Shown: positions 1-11,203, counted from the first letter of the stretch. The stretch: DNA of 64,000 bases from an uncultured Holophagales bacterium (GCA_963842525.1 CAWJGT010000025.1:128001-192000); one strand, 5' to 3'. Made by a program: numbers and translations. The notes: generated by a model not told the origin, from the sequence alone.

Positions 1-1142
1 AATGCAAGATCAATAGCAACAGAGCTGCTGGCGGGATTGCGGAAGCGGGTTTTCCGCGAAAGCTGGAATGCTCGAAGAAACAAAGAGAACTTAACTTCAA
101 CTCCTATTGTTAGAGCAGCCAAGAGCAGAGACTGGGCCCATTCGTCTCGTTGGTTCTGCCAGTGCTCTTTTATCCGTCTTCCTGCTTCCTTGCCCAGGGC
201 CGAGAATAAGCCGCCTAGCCCAAGCCCCCCAATCCACTCATCCTTGGTCTCGCTCTGAGCCTTCAGCCGAGCAGTTAAATCGTGTATCGTAATTGATCTG
301 CCATCAACCAGGGGACTCTCTCGGACGGCGAGCAAGGCGGAGTAAATCGCCCTATGGTCGGCTTGACCGCTTTCGGCACCTGCCAAGAGAAGGCTCTTGA
401 CCAGGTCTGCTCGATGGTTGCGGAACGCTAAGTCGAGAGGTCTCATGCCCGCCGAGTTTTGTACCGAAACATCGGCGCCGGCCGACAACAGGTCTGGAAC
501 TATGGAGGTCTCCTTTAGGCCGCAAGCCAGAATAAGCGCAGTGTTACCTTCATCGTCTTCTAAGTCTATATTGGCACCGGCTCGCAGGAGCTCACGGACA
601 ATCTCATCGTGGCCGTACTCGACCGCCAAGTGCAACGCCGCCTTCCCGTTGTAGCCTCTCTGGTCGACATCTCTGCCGGAGGCGAGGCACTCTCTCAGCG
701 TGGCGAGGTTGCCCCAGCGGGCAGCCCAGAGCAGAACGGTCCATCCGAGCTCAGGGTGTTCCTCGGGTGGCGGCTGTCGGGGATCCAGGAGCGGATCGGA
801 AGGAGGCTCTGTTATGAGAATTTCTCGGGCTGCCTCTATGTGATCAGAGTCTACCAACACCTCATACTTCGAGCCGAAGGGGGGAACGATGGACGGGTTT
901 TCCTCCAGCCGGCAGCTGAGTCCTCGTTTTTCAAGTTCAGCGTAAATCCGCAAAGCTTCCGACAACGCCCCAAAGCTGGCGAGATGGCTGTAGGTAGTCG
1001 GAGCCGCCGCTTCATCAAAATGGGGTTTCTGAGTGACGAGAAGCGCGCCACAATCTGCACAGTGCACGATGTTATCCATATACTCCGCAGTCCTGCTGTT
1101 ACTCTCGCGAAATGCGCACTTGGAGTTAGGGCAGTACTTCAT
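1..1142 (-). CDS. Ankyrin-repeat protein with N-terminal zinc ribbon; 3' end beyond window
   Basis: Not in the ORF track; translated by hand. ATG at 1142 after GGAGG. MKYCPNSKC...HCADCG, then ankyrin repeats (GWTVLLWAARWGN, GKAALHLAVEYGHDEIVRELLRAGANIDLEDDEGNTALILAC). Frame stays open to position 1. Confidence 0.8.
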   Translation of the reverse strand, partial: MKYCPNSKCAFRESNSRTAEYMDNIVHCADCGALLVTQKPHFDEAAAPTTYSHLASFGALSEALRIYAELEKRGLSCRLEENPSIVPPFGSKYEVLVDSDHIEAAREILITEPPSDPLLDPRQPPPEEHPELGWTVLLWAARWGNLATLRECLASGRDVDQRGYNGKAALHLAVEYGHDEIVRELLRAGANIDLEDDEGNTALILACGLKETSIVPDLLSAGADVSVQNSAGMRPLDLAFRNHRADLVKSLLLAGAESGQADHRAIYSALLAVRESPLVDGRSITIHDLTARLKAQSETKDEWIGGLGLGGLFSALGKEAGRRIKEHWQNQRDEWAQSLLLAALTIGVEVKFSLFLRAFQLSRKTRFRNPASSSVAIDLA

Positions 1143-1287
1143 GCAGCGACCTCCTGCTCAACTCGCCGGTCTCTCCGAGGCTGATGGGTACTGGCTAACT
1201 CCAGGACCTCAAGGCTTCCCCTCCTCAAACCTGCCGGTGGCACAGATGCTGGTGCTTCGACTCTCGCCAAGCTGGTACCTCCCCAGA

Positions 1288-2417
1288 TCAGCCTTCGAGA
1301 ATCGACAGAACCCCTCGCGCACAGAACACCCGGCCTCGCTTCGCGTCCGTCAACGGAGTGAGAATGCCCTCCGCTTCGAGCCGCTCCACTGCCCTCCTCA
1401 CGGTGGTGTAGGCGACGTTCAAACGGGCCGCGAGGCCTTGGATTGTCCAGTAGGGATTCTCCGCAAGCAGGTCGACAATGGCGCCGGGGACGCGCGAGGG
1501 AAGGACGGCGACGGTGGCACGCCAATCATCCAGCAATGCATTGATACGGCTGGCACGGTCCACGGCATCCTCGGCCTGCCGGGCGACACCGTTCAGGAAG
1601 TACTCGAGCCAAGCCTCCCAGTCTCCATCCCGGCTGACGGCGAGGAGACGGTCGTAGTAGTCACGGCGAGTCGCCTCAAAGAAGGCACTCAGGTAGAGGA
1701 GCGGCGCCGGGAGGAGGGCGCGGTCCAGGAAAAAGAGCGTGATGAGGAGGCGGCCTACCCGGCCGTTGCCGTCCAGGAAGGGATGGATGGCCTCGAACTG
1801 ATAGTGGAGGAGCCCGGCCTGCACCAGCGGAGGCAGGGAGGTGTCGTGGAAGAAGCCCTCCAAGGCATTCAGGCTCTCCATCATTTCGGCGGGAGGGGGA
1901 GGGATGTAGGTCGCGTTGGCGGGCGAGCTGCCCGGCGGACCGATCCAGTTTTGGGAGCGCCGGAATTCGCCCGGCACCGATTGGCCGCCGCGGACACCCG
2001 CCATGAGCCTCTCGTGGAGCTCACGGAGGAGGCGCAGGGAGAGAGGAAGGCTCTTCAGTCTCGCGACTCCGTATTCCAGTGCGACGACGTAGTTGGCGAC
2101 CTCCCGCAGGTCCGCCGGGCTCCGCTCGACGCTGGCGCCGGCCTCCGCGGCCAACAGCTCGCCCAGGGTGGCCTGGGTTCCCTCGATCCGGCTGGAGAGG
2201 ACGGCTTCGCGGCGGACGAAGGGCCGGATCAGGAGGTGCGGATTCGGCAGACGGGAACCCTCGCCCGCCAGCCGGCCCACGGCGCGGTCGGCATCGGAAA
2301 GGGCACGGACCAGTGCGGGGTTCCAGATGAGGGCAGGCGGGAGCGGGTCCGGCACGAAGGCGTCATAGCCTCGGGGGTCCGGACATACCGGCCAGCAGCT
2401 TGGCGTTCCTGGGCCAC
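1288..2417 (-). CDS. Fic family protein (1-nt frameshift near 2370)
   Basis: Catalytic HPFLDGNGRVGR, inhibitory-type SSRIEG motif, C-terminal HTH. N-terminus MAQERQAAGRYVRTPE is in ORF 2229..2417 and joins GYDAFVP if one G is restored (GAGGC to GAGGGC). Confidence 0.85.
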
Positions 2418-2495
2418 TGTTTTCGTCCGCGAAAAGAGCCGGAGCCGCTATTAGCGGAAACGGCCTGAAACGAAAATAGCACAGGTCGGCCCCCC

Positions 2496-4251
2496 TCACT
2501 TCACTTTCGGCGCGGTCTGCTCCTGGCCGTCCTGGGTCAGGACCATGTGCGTCACCTTGCCCTCCGGGCTCAGGACGAAGCGCAGGCGGCTCGTGGCGGC
2601 CTCGTAGAAAAATTCGGTCTCGGACTCCGGGCGGGCCAGCAGGACGGCGCCGCCGGTGCGTTGGGTGAAGAGCTGGTCGCCGACGAGGAAGACCTTGCGC
2701 TCGTTCTTGTCGTCGATCCGGTAGGTTCCAGACGTACCTCGCCAGAGTCTCGGGAGACACCTTCGCCACCTTCCGCGGCTTCGTAAAGTGCGGTGGGGGC
2801 AGCTCGATGCGGGCCACCGGGAGGGGTTGGCCCCGCAGGAAGGCCTGCATGGCTTCCAGGATCTTCGGCGAGGAGAGGAAGAGCGGGTCGCTGTGGCCGG
2901 CACCCTCGATCACCAGGTGGACGCCGTTCTTGAAGCCGCGGAGGATCTCCTCGGCGTTTTCGGGCGGAGTGCGGCCGTCCAGGGTGCCGCTGATGAAGAG
3001 GGTCGGGACGTCGGAGATCACCGGGGAGCGGAAGGCGTCGCCCAGGTCCGGCACGTTCCAGCCGACGCAGAGGCCCGGGAAGGGGAAGTTGATGGCATCG
3101 GCCAGGAGAGTGGTCTTCGCCTCGTCGGCGATCCGCTTGCGGCGGGCCGCTGTGGCGGCGGAGGCGCAGTCCATGGCGAAGGTCATGGCGGAGACCGGCA
3201 GGCTGCCGCTACGCTGAGGAACGACGTTGAGGGCCAGCGGGAGCCAGTCGCCGGCGGCCAGGCGGAAGTAGAGGTCCGGCAGGACTGCGAAGCTGTCCGG
3301 CCCGGTGAGGAGCTCGGCGGTGGCGACCTGGAGGTCGAGCTTCGAGAGCCCCACCCGGGTGGTTTGGCCGGTCCGCGGGTCGGTGACCGTCGCGAAGGCC
3401 GGCTCCTTCTCGAGCCGGGACAGGGTGGTGCGCATCAGGCCCAGGAGGTCGGGGACGAGGGGGCCCGCGTTCGGGTCTTTCTTGACCAGGGCGGCGATCG
3501 CTGCGAGCAGCTCCTGCTGCTGGTGCGGGGGCTTGTCGGTATGGTCCGGCCCTTCGATGCCCGCCAGGATGGCCCGGTGGATGTGGGGGCCGTGGCGTCG
3601 GATCGTGGCCAGGGAGAGGTGGGTGCCGTAGCTGATGCCCCAGAGGGAGATCTTTTCGGCGCCGAGGGACCGGCGCAGGTCGTCGAGGTCGTCGGCGTTT
3701 TCTTCGGTGTTGTAGGCGGCGAGGTCGATCCCCCGCTGGCGCATGACCTCCGCGCAGCGGCGGGACTGGGCAATCCAGGCGTCGAGGTATTCGTCCTTCG
3801 AAACCGGCCGGTCGAGCGGCAGGTTGCGCGCCGGGGTGTCGGAGCAGACCATGGGCGGGTCCGACTCCCCTGTGCCCCGCTGGTCGAAGGCGATCACATC
3901 GCCGAATTCACGCAGAGCCTGGAACAGGGGGAAGCGGGAGCCCCGGGCGGCCTGGATGCCGGAGCCTCCGGGTCCGCCGGCCAGGTAGACGATGGGCGGG
4001 CCGGGCTTCTCGCCGGTGGCCTTGAAGCGGACGAAGGCAAGCCTGATGGTGCGGCTCCCCGGCTTCTTCCGGTTCTCGGGGACCGTAAGCCACCCCTTCT
4101 CCGCGTCGACCGCCTGCCCGCCGGCGATTTCGAATTGGTAGGGCTGCAGCTCGACGCGGGGGATGGCGGGGGGCTCGGCCGCGCGCAGGGCACTCCCGGC
4201 GAGCAGCAAGGACCCGAGCAGGACTCCCATCTTGCAGGCTTTCGGAAGCAT
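2496..4251 (-). CDS. Secreted alpha/beta-hydrolase (TAP/S33-like peptidase) with small C-terminal domain; frameshift near 2730
   Basis: Signal peptide, GGPGGSG, DQRGTG, nucleophile GISYG, acid GTLDGRTP, GAGH. C-terminus GTYRIDDK...APKVK is in ORF 2496..2903 after one extra T. Confidence 0.85.
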
Positions 4252-4398
4252 TGAGGGACCCTCCAGAGAAAAGCTCTCTGCCGTCAAACGTTCCGGAGCG
4301 CCGCAGGTTTCATTATGCCAGTTGGCCCGTGAAGGCTGGAGGAACTATGCTGTTTCCCCATTTTCCTTTAGAATGGAGCCTGTCCCCAAGGAGACGCC

Positions 4399-7300
4399 AT
4401 GCCCGACCTCCTCCGTAGGGCTGTTCTTATCCTTCTCGTGTTCCCCGCTCTCGCCGGAGCCGCGCAACCGGTGCAGGTGGCCGACCTCAATACCCGGGCG
4501 GACAACGGCAGCGGCCTGGCGGCAACGGAGATGCTGGACATCGACGGCGTCCTCTATTTCGTCGCGCGGGATGCGGCCCATGGCCGGGAGCTGTGGCGCA
4601 GCCAGGGGACATCGGGGACGACACGCCTCGTCCGGGACATCTGTCCGGGCCCTTGCGACTCCAGCCCCGAAGCGCTCGCGGAGCTCGACGGGGATCTCTA
4701 CTTCTTTGCCAGCGATGGAATCACCGGCCGGGAGCTCTGGCGCAGCGACGGCACCGCTGCGGAGACCCTTCTCGTCCGGGACATCTGCCCGGGGGTGTGC
4801 GGCAGCACTTCGGAGCTGGCAGGCTTCGATCGAGTGCCGCCGAGCACGCCGCTCGTACAAATGGCCGGCAAGCTGCTCTTCAATGCCTATCCTGGTGGCC
4901 TCTGGCGTACGGACGGAACCCGCGCCGGGACTCAGCCGTTGCCGGATCAGCCCTTCGGCAAGATTTCCGACCTGATCTCGAACGGGTCCATGGTGTTTTT
5001 CCGCGCCGAGTCCAGCGGGCGTGGCGTGGAGCCCTGGAGGAGCGACGGCACCGTGGAAGGAACCTCGCTGATCCAGGATCTGTGCCCCGGCTCCTGCTGG
5101 TCCGGCGACCAGAACTCCGGCTGGATCACGACGTCCGGAAGCGATCTCCTGGCCTGGCGCATCGCGCCGCCTCCCCCCCAGGGTGGCTTTTGCCGCGAGC
5201 TTCTGAGGAGCGCCTCGAGCGTCTCCGCCCTCAGTCCGATCGGTGAAGTCTGCGGGAGGTCCGACGAGCCGCCGCCACGTCTGGTGGAGCATGACGGGGC
5301 CTGGTATTTCGGCTTCGACAAGCAGCTCTGGCGAGCGGATTCCTCCGGAATCACCCTGCTCGTCGTTTTTTCCGACACTCCCTCCGAGCTGACCCGCCTG
5401 GGCGCGAAGATCTACTTCGCCGCCAGCTCCGGCTCCTCCGGCCGCGAGCTCTGGGTGACCGACGGCACCGCTGTCGGCACGTACAGGGTCCGCGACATCC
5501 GGCTTGGCGCCGGCTCGTCGAGCCCGGAGAGCCTCACGGTGATGGAGGGCCGGCTGTACTTTGCCGCCGGCGGATCGGAGCTTCTGGGTGAGCGACGGCA
5601 CCGAGAGCGGCACGGTCCGCCTGATGGAAACCGCCGTCTCCGGCCCGGGTGACCACCAGCCCGCGAGCCTGACGGCTGTGAATCAGCGGCTCTTCTTCAC
5701 GGCCGAGCGGACCGGCACCGGGCGCGAGCTGTGGATCACCACCGGCACCCCCGGCGACACCTACCTGGTGCGGGACATCCACGCCGATCCCGGCTCCGCG
5801 GACCCGCGGGGGCTCCGCCCCTTCCGTGGCTCGGTCCTGTTCGGCGCCAGGGACGAGAACGCGGTCGGCGGCGTGACGCACAGCCTCCATCTCTCCGATG
5901 GAACGGCCGCCGGCACCATCCAGTTGGCGGAGCAGGCCGGGGTGCCCGAGCTCGGTGCGCGGATGGGCAACGACTACTTCGTGACCGACAGCACCGGTCT
6001 GTGGATCACCGACGGAACCGCCTCCGGCACGCGGCGGTTCGAGCCGCATCTTCAGGTGACAGGCCTGATCACCGCCGGCAACAGGCTGCTCCTCGGCGCC
6101 GAGCGGCAAGGCGTGGAGGAGGAGGCCGGCTTCGAGCTCTGGGCCTCCGATGGAACCTCCGCCGGCACTGCGCTGATGAAGGACATCCAACCGGGCCTGG
6201 GAACAGGGCCGTCGCCGAAGCCCCTTTCCTCGCGTCCGCGCTACTTCACCCCACTGGGCCTGCCAGGATCGACCGTGCTCTTCGCCGCGACCACCAGCAC
6301 CGAAGGGACCGAGCTGTGGCGGACAGACGGCACGGCGACCGGCACCATTCTGGTCAAGGATCTCTACCCAGGGCGCTTCGGCTCATCTCCCTCCAACCTC
6401 ATCTCCCGCGGGCCGGCGGCCCTGTTCACAACCTACGGCGAAGATTCCGGCGAGGAGCTTTGGCAGAGCGACGGCACCACAGGCGGCACCTTGCAGGTCG
6501 CCGACCTCGTCCCGGGAATCGACAGCTCTTCGCCCAGCGACCTGACCGTCTTCCAAGGTCAGATTTTCTTCTTCACGTACGACCGACAGGGCCGGGATCT
6601 GCTCTGGAAGAGCGACGGCACGCTCCCGGGCACGGTCCTGGTCCAGGAGGTCGCGGCGGCGGGGCTGCCCCGGACCGGCCACCAGCCGGTGGTCGCCGGT
6701 GACCAGCTCTTCTTCACCGCCTGGAGCGACGATGCCGGCCAGGAGCTGTGGGTGAGCGACGGCGCCGGCGCGCGCAGGGTCGCCGACATCCTGCCCGGTC
6801 CGGCCAGCTCGTACCCCCGGTGGCTCACCGCGGCCGGCCGCGTCGTGCTTTTCGCGGCCGACGACGGGTCGACGGGAGGCGAGCTGTGGGTGAGCGACGG
6901 GACCGCCGCCGGCACCTCCCGCGTGCAGGACCTCGCTCCGGGGCCCGACTCCTCGGCGCCGTCCGAGATCACGGTCGCGGACGGGCGCATCTTCTTTGCG
7001 GCGACCTCCCCGGAAGGCCGCGAGCTCTGGTCCCTCCCGAACATCGCCGTCATCACGCCTTGTGTCCCCGGGCCGGACCGCCTCTGCCTGGCCGGCGGCC
7101 GGTTCGAGGTCGCGGTCCGCTGGCGCGACCAGCACAACGGGGGTCTGAAAGGAGTGGGGCAGGCCGTGCCGGAGAGCCTCGAATCGGGGTTCTTCTGGTT
7201 CTTCGATCCGGCCAATCTGGAGCTGGTCGTCAAGGTGCTCGACGGCCGGGAGATCAACGGCCGCTGGTGGGTGTTCTTCGGCGCCCTCACGGACATCGAG

Positions 7301-7819
7301 TACGAGGTGACCGTTACCGACCACGAAACCGGGCAGGTCCGCACCTACCGGAACCCGGCCGGCACCTTCTGCGGCCAGGCGGACACGACAGGCTTCCCCG
7401 GAGAAGGCGGGAAGGTCGTCGAACCGGACTTCGAGCTGCTCAACGCTGCGGCCATGGAGCTGCCGCCGCCGCAGGAATCGACGGGCCCATGCCTTCCCGG
7501 AGCCGAGGGCCTCTGCCTGTTCGGCGGACGCTTCCACGTCGAGGCGCGCTGGAAGACGGGCACGGAAGAGGGGCAGGCCGGCGCGGTGCCGCGGACGGAT
7601 GCGACCGGCTCGTTCTGGTTCTTCGATCCGGCCAACGTCGAGCTGTTCGTCAAGGTCCTGGACGGCCGGCCCCTGGGCGGCAAGATCTGGTTCTTCTACG
7701 GCGCCCTCTCCGACGTGGAGTACTGGATCACCGTGACCGACATGCAGACCGGCGCGGTCAAGACCTACCACAACCCGCCGGGGACGTACTGCGGGAAGGC
7801 GGATACCAGGGCGTTCTGA
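4399..7819 (+). CDS. Secreted ELWxxDGT-repeat protein with two C-terminal Cys-flanked domains; frameshift near 5582
   Basis: Many ELWRSDGT/ELWVSDGT repeats across ORFs 4399..5652 and 5561..7819. Signal peptide. Removing one T (GAGCTTCTGG to GAGCTCTGG) restores ELWVSDG. Confidence 0.85.
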
Positions 7820-7885
7820 CCTCTCTCTTCCCCCCTCTCCCGGTTGGGGGGAGAGCGATGGGTCAGGGGGGCCAGGGGGGTGAGG
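7820..7885. repeat. Copy of dispersed palindromic repeat family CCCTCACCCCC(T)GGCCCCCTCTCCC
   Basis: Reverse-complement copy between convergent genes; related copies at 30454-30672, 43174-43230 and 52074-52125. Confidence 0.65.
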
Positions 7886-8636
7886 ATTCGAACCGCACGA
7901 CCACCGGCGCGTGATCGCTGGTGCCGACGCTGGCGAGGACCTTCGACTCCTGCGCGGTCGCGGCGAGGGACTCGCTGGCCAGGATGTAGTCGATCCGCCA
8001 GCCGATGTTGCGCTGGCGCATGTTCCGCCACGGCGCCCACCAGGTGAAGAGGTCGGCGTTGTCCGGATCGAGGGCGCGGCCGACGTCGACCAGCCCCTGG
8101 GCGAGGAGGTCGGCGAAGAGCTGGCGCTCCTCGGGGAGCTGGCCGATGATCTTGGGCTTGCGCTCCTTGGGATGGACGTCCTGGTCGGACCGCGTGACGT
8201 TCAGGTCGCCGCAGAGCAGAAGGCGCCGGCCCGAGCGGTGCACCTCGCCGGCCCAGTCCCTGAGGGATTCCAGGAACCGCATCTTGGCGGCGAAGTCCTT
8301 GCCCCCGTTCGGCACGTAGACCGAGGCCACCACCAGGTCGCCCGCCTCGGCCGTGACGATCCGCGTCTCGTGGTCGAAGGCGGGATGGCCATAGATGGGG
8401 ATCTGCGGGAAGGCGTCCCGTCGGAGGTTGAGGCTCACCCCGGAGTAGCCGCCGGCGCCATGCCAAAAGCACCAGTAGCCGTCCAGGCTGCAGATCGTCT
8501 CGTTGAGCTGGGCCGGGGCGGCCTTGATCTCCTGCAGGCAGATGACATCCGGCCGGTCGCGGCCAACCCACTCCAGGAACTGCTCCTGGCGGGCGCGGAT
8601 TCCATTGACGTTCCAGGTGGCGACAGTCAGGCTCAT
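7863..8636 (-). CDS. xth: Exodeoxyribonuclease III / AP endonuclease
   Basis: TWNVNGIRAR, DVICLQEIK, GYSGV, SVYVPNG, GDLNV, GWRIDY and SDHAPV motifs. Confidence 0.95.
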   Translation of the reverse strand: MSLTVATWNVNGIRARQEQFLEWVGRDRPDVICLQEIKAAPAQLNETICSLDGYWCFWHGAGGYSGVSLNLRRDAFPQIPIYGHPAFDHETRIVTAEAGDLVVASVYVPNGGKDFAAKMRFLESLRDWAGEVHRSGRRLLLCGDLNVTRSDQDVHPKERKPKIIGQLPEERQLFADLLAQGLVDVGRALDPDNADLFTWWAPWRNMRQRNIGWRIDYILASESLAATAQESKVLASVGTSDHAPVVVRFESSPPWPP

Positions 8637-8901
8637 GCCGGGATCATAGCGGAGGCGCGCCGCAACGGAAAACGGTGCCGGGAAAGCGGAACTGGTGCCC
8701 GGGAAACAGGGACCGGGTCCGCCGGAACACAGCAGACCCGTCCAGGCGGACGGCGGAGCCCTTGGACCCGGGGGCCGCCGTCCTTCTCTGTTGTCAAAGA
8801 GCCTGACGCTCCCGATCGTCTTACTCGGTCGATCGGTATCATCGCGCCTCCTTCAATATGCGGTAGACTGACACACTCGACGGGAAAATTCAACGAAGCC
8901 C

Positions 8902-8930
8902 TTGACATAGGGCAGCAAGCCGTGCAGTCT
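8902..8930 (+). promoter_or_regulatory. Possible sigma70 promoter for ORF 8998
   Basis: TTGACA-N17-CAGTCT; perfect -35, weak -10. Confidence 0.3.
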
Positions 8931-8997
8931 ATGCGCACGTCAGGCGCCGCTTCCGGCACCGGACGGTCGAGCCCTCGGGCTCAAGAAGGAGAAGCAA

Positions 8998-9372
8998 ATG
9001 TCTGAACGTACCTATGCAGGGAAACTGGGCGCTCTGGCACGGTTCATCGCCGCGCTGCTCGCCAACGCTGCCAACATCCCCCACCTGGACGGCATTCGGG
9101 TCCGGATCGAGGCGATCCTGGCCGAAGCGCAAGGAGTCGCGCGGGAGCAGGCCGCACTCACCGCCAGCAAACAGGAGGCGAGCCAGCGAATCAGGGCGCT
9201 GCTCACCGAAGGCGAGAGGCTGGCGACCGCGGCAGGCAAGGTCCTCCAGGAGCACTACGGCCTGCGATCGGAAAAGCTCGCGGAATTCCACCTGCAGCCC
9301 TTCCGCGGCCGCAAAGCCAAAACGCCGCCCGACCCCATCACTCCCGCGGCACTCGCGATCAATCCGCAGTAA
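8998..9372 (+). CDS. Hypothetical helical/coiled-coil protein, 124 aa
   Basis: AAGGAG RBS before ATG; helical sequence ending HYGLRSEKLAEFHLQPFRGRK plus a Pro-rich tail. Confidence 0.7.
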   Translation: MSERTYAGKLGALARFIAALLANAANIPHLDGIRVRIEAILAEAQGVAREQAALTASKQEASQRIRALLTEGERLATAAGKVLQEHYGLRSEKLAEFHLQPFRGRKAKTPPDPITPAALAINPQ

Positions 9373-9389
9373 GAGCGCCTAACAAAACC

Positions 9390-9490
9390 GGCCTAACGGG
9401 CCGGGAGATTCTAGCCCAGGGCATCTGAGGCCGAAGGCCGATGCCCTGGGTCAATAAGCCCCTACAACCCTGCGGTCTGAAAGACCGCGA
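9390..9490. repeat. REP-like cluster of short hairpins
   Basis: GGCCTAACGGGCC, CCCAGGGCATC...GATGCCCTGGG and GCGGTCTGAAAGACCGC stem-loops. Confidence 0.55.
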
Positions 9491-9545
9491 GAGCTCTCCA
9501 GTCCCAGACGTAGCGTTGGTCAAACTCGACCTCACGGGCCTTTCC

Positions 9546-9582
9546 CCGGGGAGCGTGCCCGCCACGCTCCCCCTTGTTCCGC
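9546..9582 (+). repeat. Leader hairpin shared with array 2; may act as a terminator
   Basis: CCGGGGAGCGTG-CCCGC-CACGCTCCCCC-TTGTTCCGC; near-identical reverse-complement copy at 39582-39619. Confidence 0.8.
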
Positions 9583-9610
9583 GCCCTTCTCCACAGGCAT
9601 CCACCGCTGT

Positions 9611-9951
9611 TTAAATTATCTGGCGCCGAGAACGTTATCCAGCTCAGTGTAAGCGTATCCGACACAGATAAGCATATCCAAGCCGGATAAGCGTATCTGG
9701 CGCGGATAACACTATCCGGCGCGGATAACGCTATCCACGCCAGTGTAAGCTTATCCAGCGCAGATAAGCTTATCTGGCCCAGATAACACTATCTGCCGCA
9801 GATACCGTTATCCAGCACGGATAAGCTTATCCGGCGCAGATAAGCTTATCCAAGCCAGTGTAAGCTTATCTGGCGTGAATAACACTATCTGGCGCAGATA
9901 CCGTTATCTGAGCCAGTGTAAGCTTATCCAGCACAGATAAGCTTACACTGG
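9611..9951 (+). repeat. Palindromic tandem array 1: about 17 units of GATA-N4-TATC (variant GTGTAAGCTTATC) with 7-bp linkers
   Basis: Parsed by hand; 19-20 bp period; ends in perfect inverted repeat CCAGTGTAAGCTTATC-N7-GATAAGCTTACACTGG (9913-9951). Confidence 0.95.
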
Positions 9952-10129
9952 GCAGATGGCAGTATCCCCAACCGATGCCTCCATCCCGTGAATACGCGCC
10001 TATGGACGATAGCAGCTCCACCCCGTCAGTTACATGGAACCGCAAGAACGATATGTAGACCCGTCTTCGCTGGGCTGCGTCAGAAGCCGCTTTTCACGCC
10101 TTCAGCCGCGATCCTCTGCGGCCGGCACG

Positions 10130-10200
10130 TCAGTCCTGAACGACGTAGATGGGCCTTCAGCTGCGGCGCCAGCCGTCCGCTGCAAGGCTCGGGCTGGGCG
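10130..10200 (-). other. Degenerate attC-like site after the HNH gene
   Basis: Minus strand GCCCAGC...CTTGCAGCGGACGGCTGGCGCCGCAGCTGA...GTTCAGG; resembles attC inner boxes, outer cores imperfect. Confidence 0.5.
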
Positions 10201-10801
10201 CAGAATTTGGCAGCCAGTTCTGATAGCGTAATAGCTCCATGATTAGACTGTAGATCTCCGGCCGGGCAAAACTCAGCTGCTTACGATACTCAATTGCGAA
10301 CTGCCTCTTCTCCTCCTGTTCACGTGGATCTGGAAGGCCACCTACGCTGATCCCACTTCTAGAAGGCATAGCTGTCAACTCGGCGATGCGCTTACAATAA
10401 AACTGTCCCATCTGAAGGTGGAAGACGAAATCGACCAGCTCTTGTGCTCTTCTTGCTAAGTCATCAATCCGCTCCGTTTCGGCAATATGGGCTAAGAATC
10501 TGAACCGGGAAAATAGAGGCTCGAACTGAGGAGAGAGTATCACCGGGTCTTTGTACTTACGAAAAAGGGCCAGCTTCTCGGGACTCGTTGGAACAGTCGG
10601 ATTGTGGTAATCAGTGAGATGGCAATTAGGACAAATTGGCAAGAGATTATCGAGAGTATTGTTGCTTGGGTCCTCATCGATGTGATGGATTTGCGGCCTA
10701 TCAGCTCCACAGATCGCGCAGCGATGATTGAACTCACGTAACACCGATTCCCTGACGGCCGGTGCAATCGGTATACGTCTTTTCTTTTCTGGCACAGTCA
10801 C
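10157..10801 (-). CDS. HNH endonuclease domain protein (cassette-like)
   Basis: CAICG...IHHID...N...NLLPICPNCH; AT-richer than flanks. Confidence 0.85.
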   Translation of the reverse strand: MTVPEKKRRIPIAPAVRESVLREFNHRCAICGADRPQIHHIDEDPSNNTLDNLLPICPNCHLTDYHNPTVPTSPEKLALFRKYKDPVILSPQFEPLFSRFRFLAHIAETERIDDLARRAQELVDFVFHLQMGQFYCKRIAELTAMPSRSGISVGGLPDPREQEEKRQFAIEYRKQLSFARPEIYSLIMELLRYQNWLPNSAPSPSLAADGWRRS

Positions 10802-10821
10802 GGCTTGAACGCTCCTCTTAT

Positions 10822-10885
10822 GCCGCCAACGTTGCCGGCGATGAGTGACGGCTTGCCGTCCGCTCGACCGCCTGGCACACCGGAG
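10822..10885 (-). other. Degenerate attC-like site
   Basis: Minus strand CCAGGCGGTCGAGCGGACGGCAAGCCGTCACTCATCGCC...CGTTGGCGG; imperfect hairpin ending in a GTT core. Confidence 0.55.
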
Positions 10886-10900
10886 TAGTTATCAAGACGG

Positions 10901-11203
10901 CTACTCCATGACGATCTGAATCACCAATAGAATCGTGTACACAAAAAAGACAGCAGCCGCAAGCAGCTTCACGGCCGCGCTGGTTGACGTTATGTTCGGT
11001 CCCTTAGCGGCAAGCAGGCCAAACAGAATTGCAATCGTTAAGTGCTTTGATACTCTAACCCAACTTTCTCCCTCTGAGAATGCTAGAAAGGCAAAAAATA
11101 GGGACGCCATCGAAACAAGAATAAAAGCAATACGAAGGCCGCCCCACCCTGGCCGAGAGCGCCTTTCCTTATCCTGGCCTTCTACTATCCACCAAGGGCT
11201 CAC
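10901..11203 (-). CDS. Small membrane protein (about 3 TM helices)
   Basis: Three hydrophobic segments; lies between attC-like sites. Confidence 0.55.
   Translation of the reverse strand: MSPWWIVEGQDKERRSRPGWGGLRIAFILVSMASLFFAFLAFSEGESWVRVSKHLTIAILFGLLAAKGPNITSTSAAVKLLAAAVFFVYTILLVIQIVME

Noticed and set aside
1288-4287. 999-aa hydrolase-Fic fusion in the ORF track
   Set aside because: Produced by two single-base frameshifts; the hydrolase has its own stop (2496) and Fic its own start (2417).
9375-9400. GCCTAAC copies as an attC core
   Set aside because: No matching GTTRRRY partner or attC stem; the region fits REP-like hairpins better.
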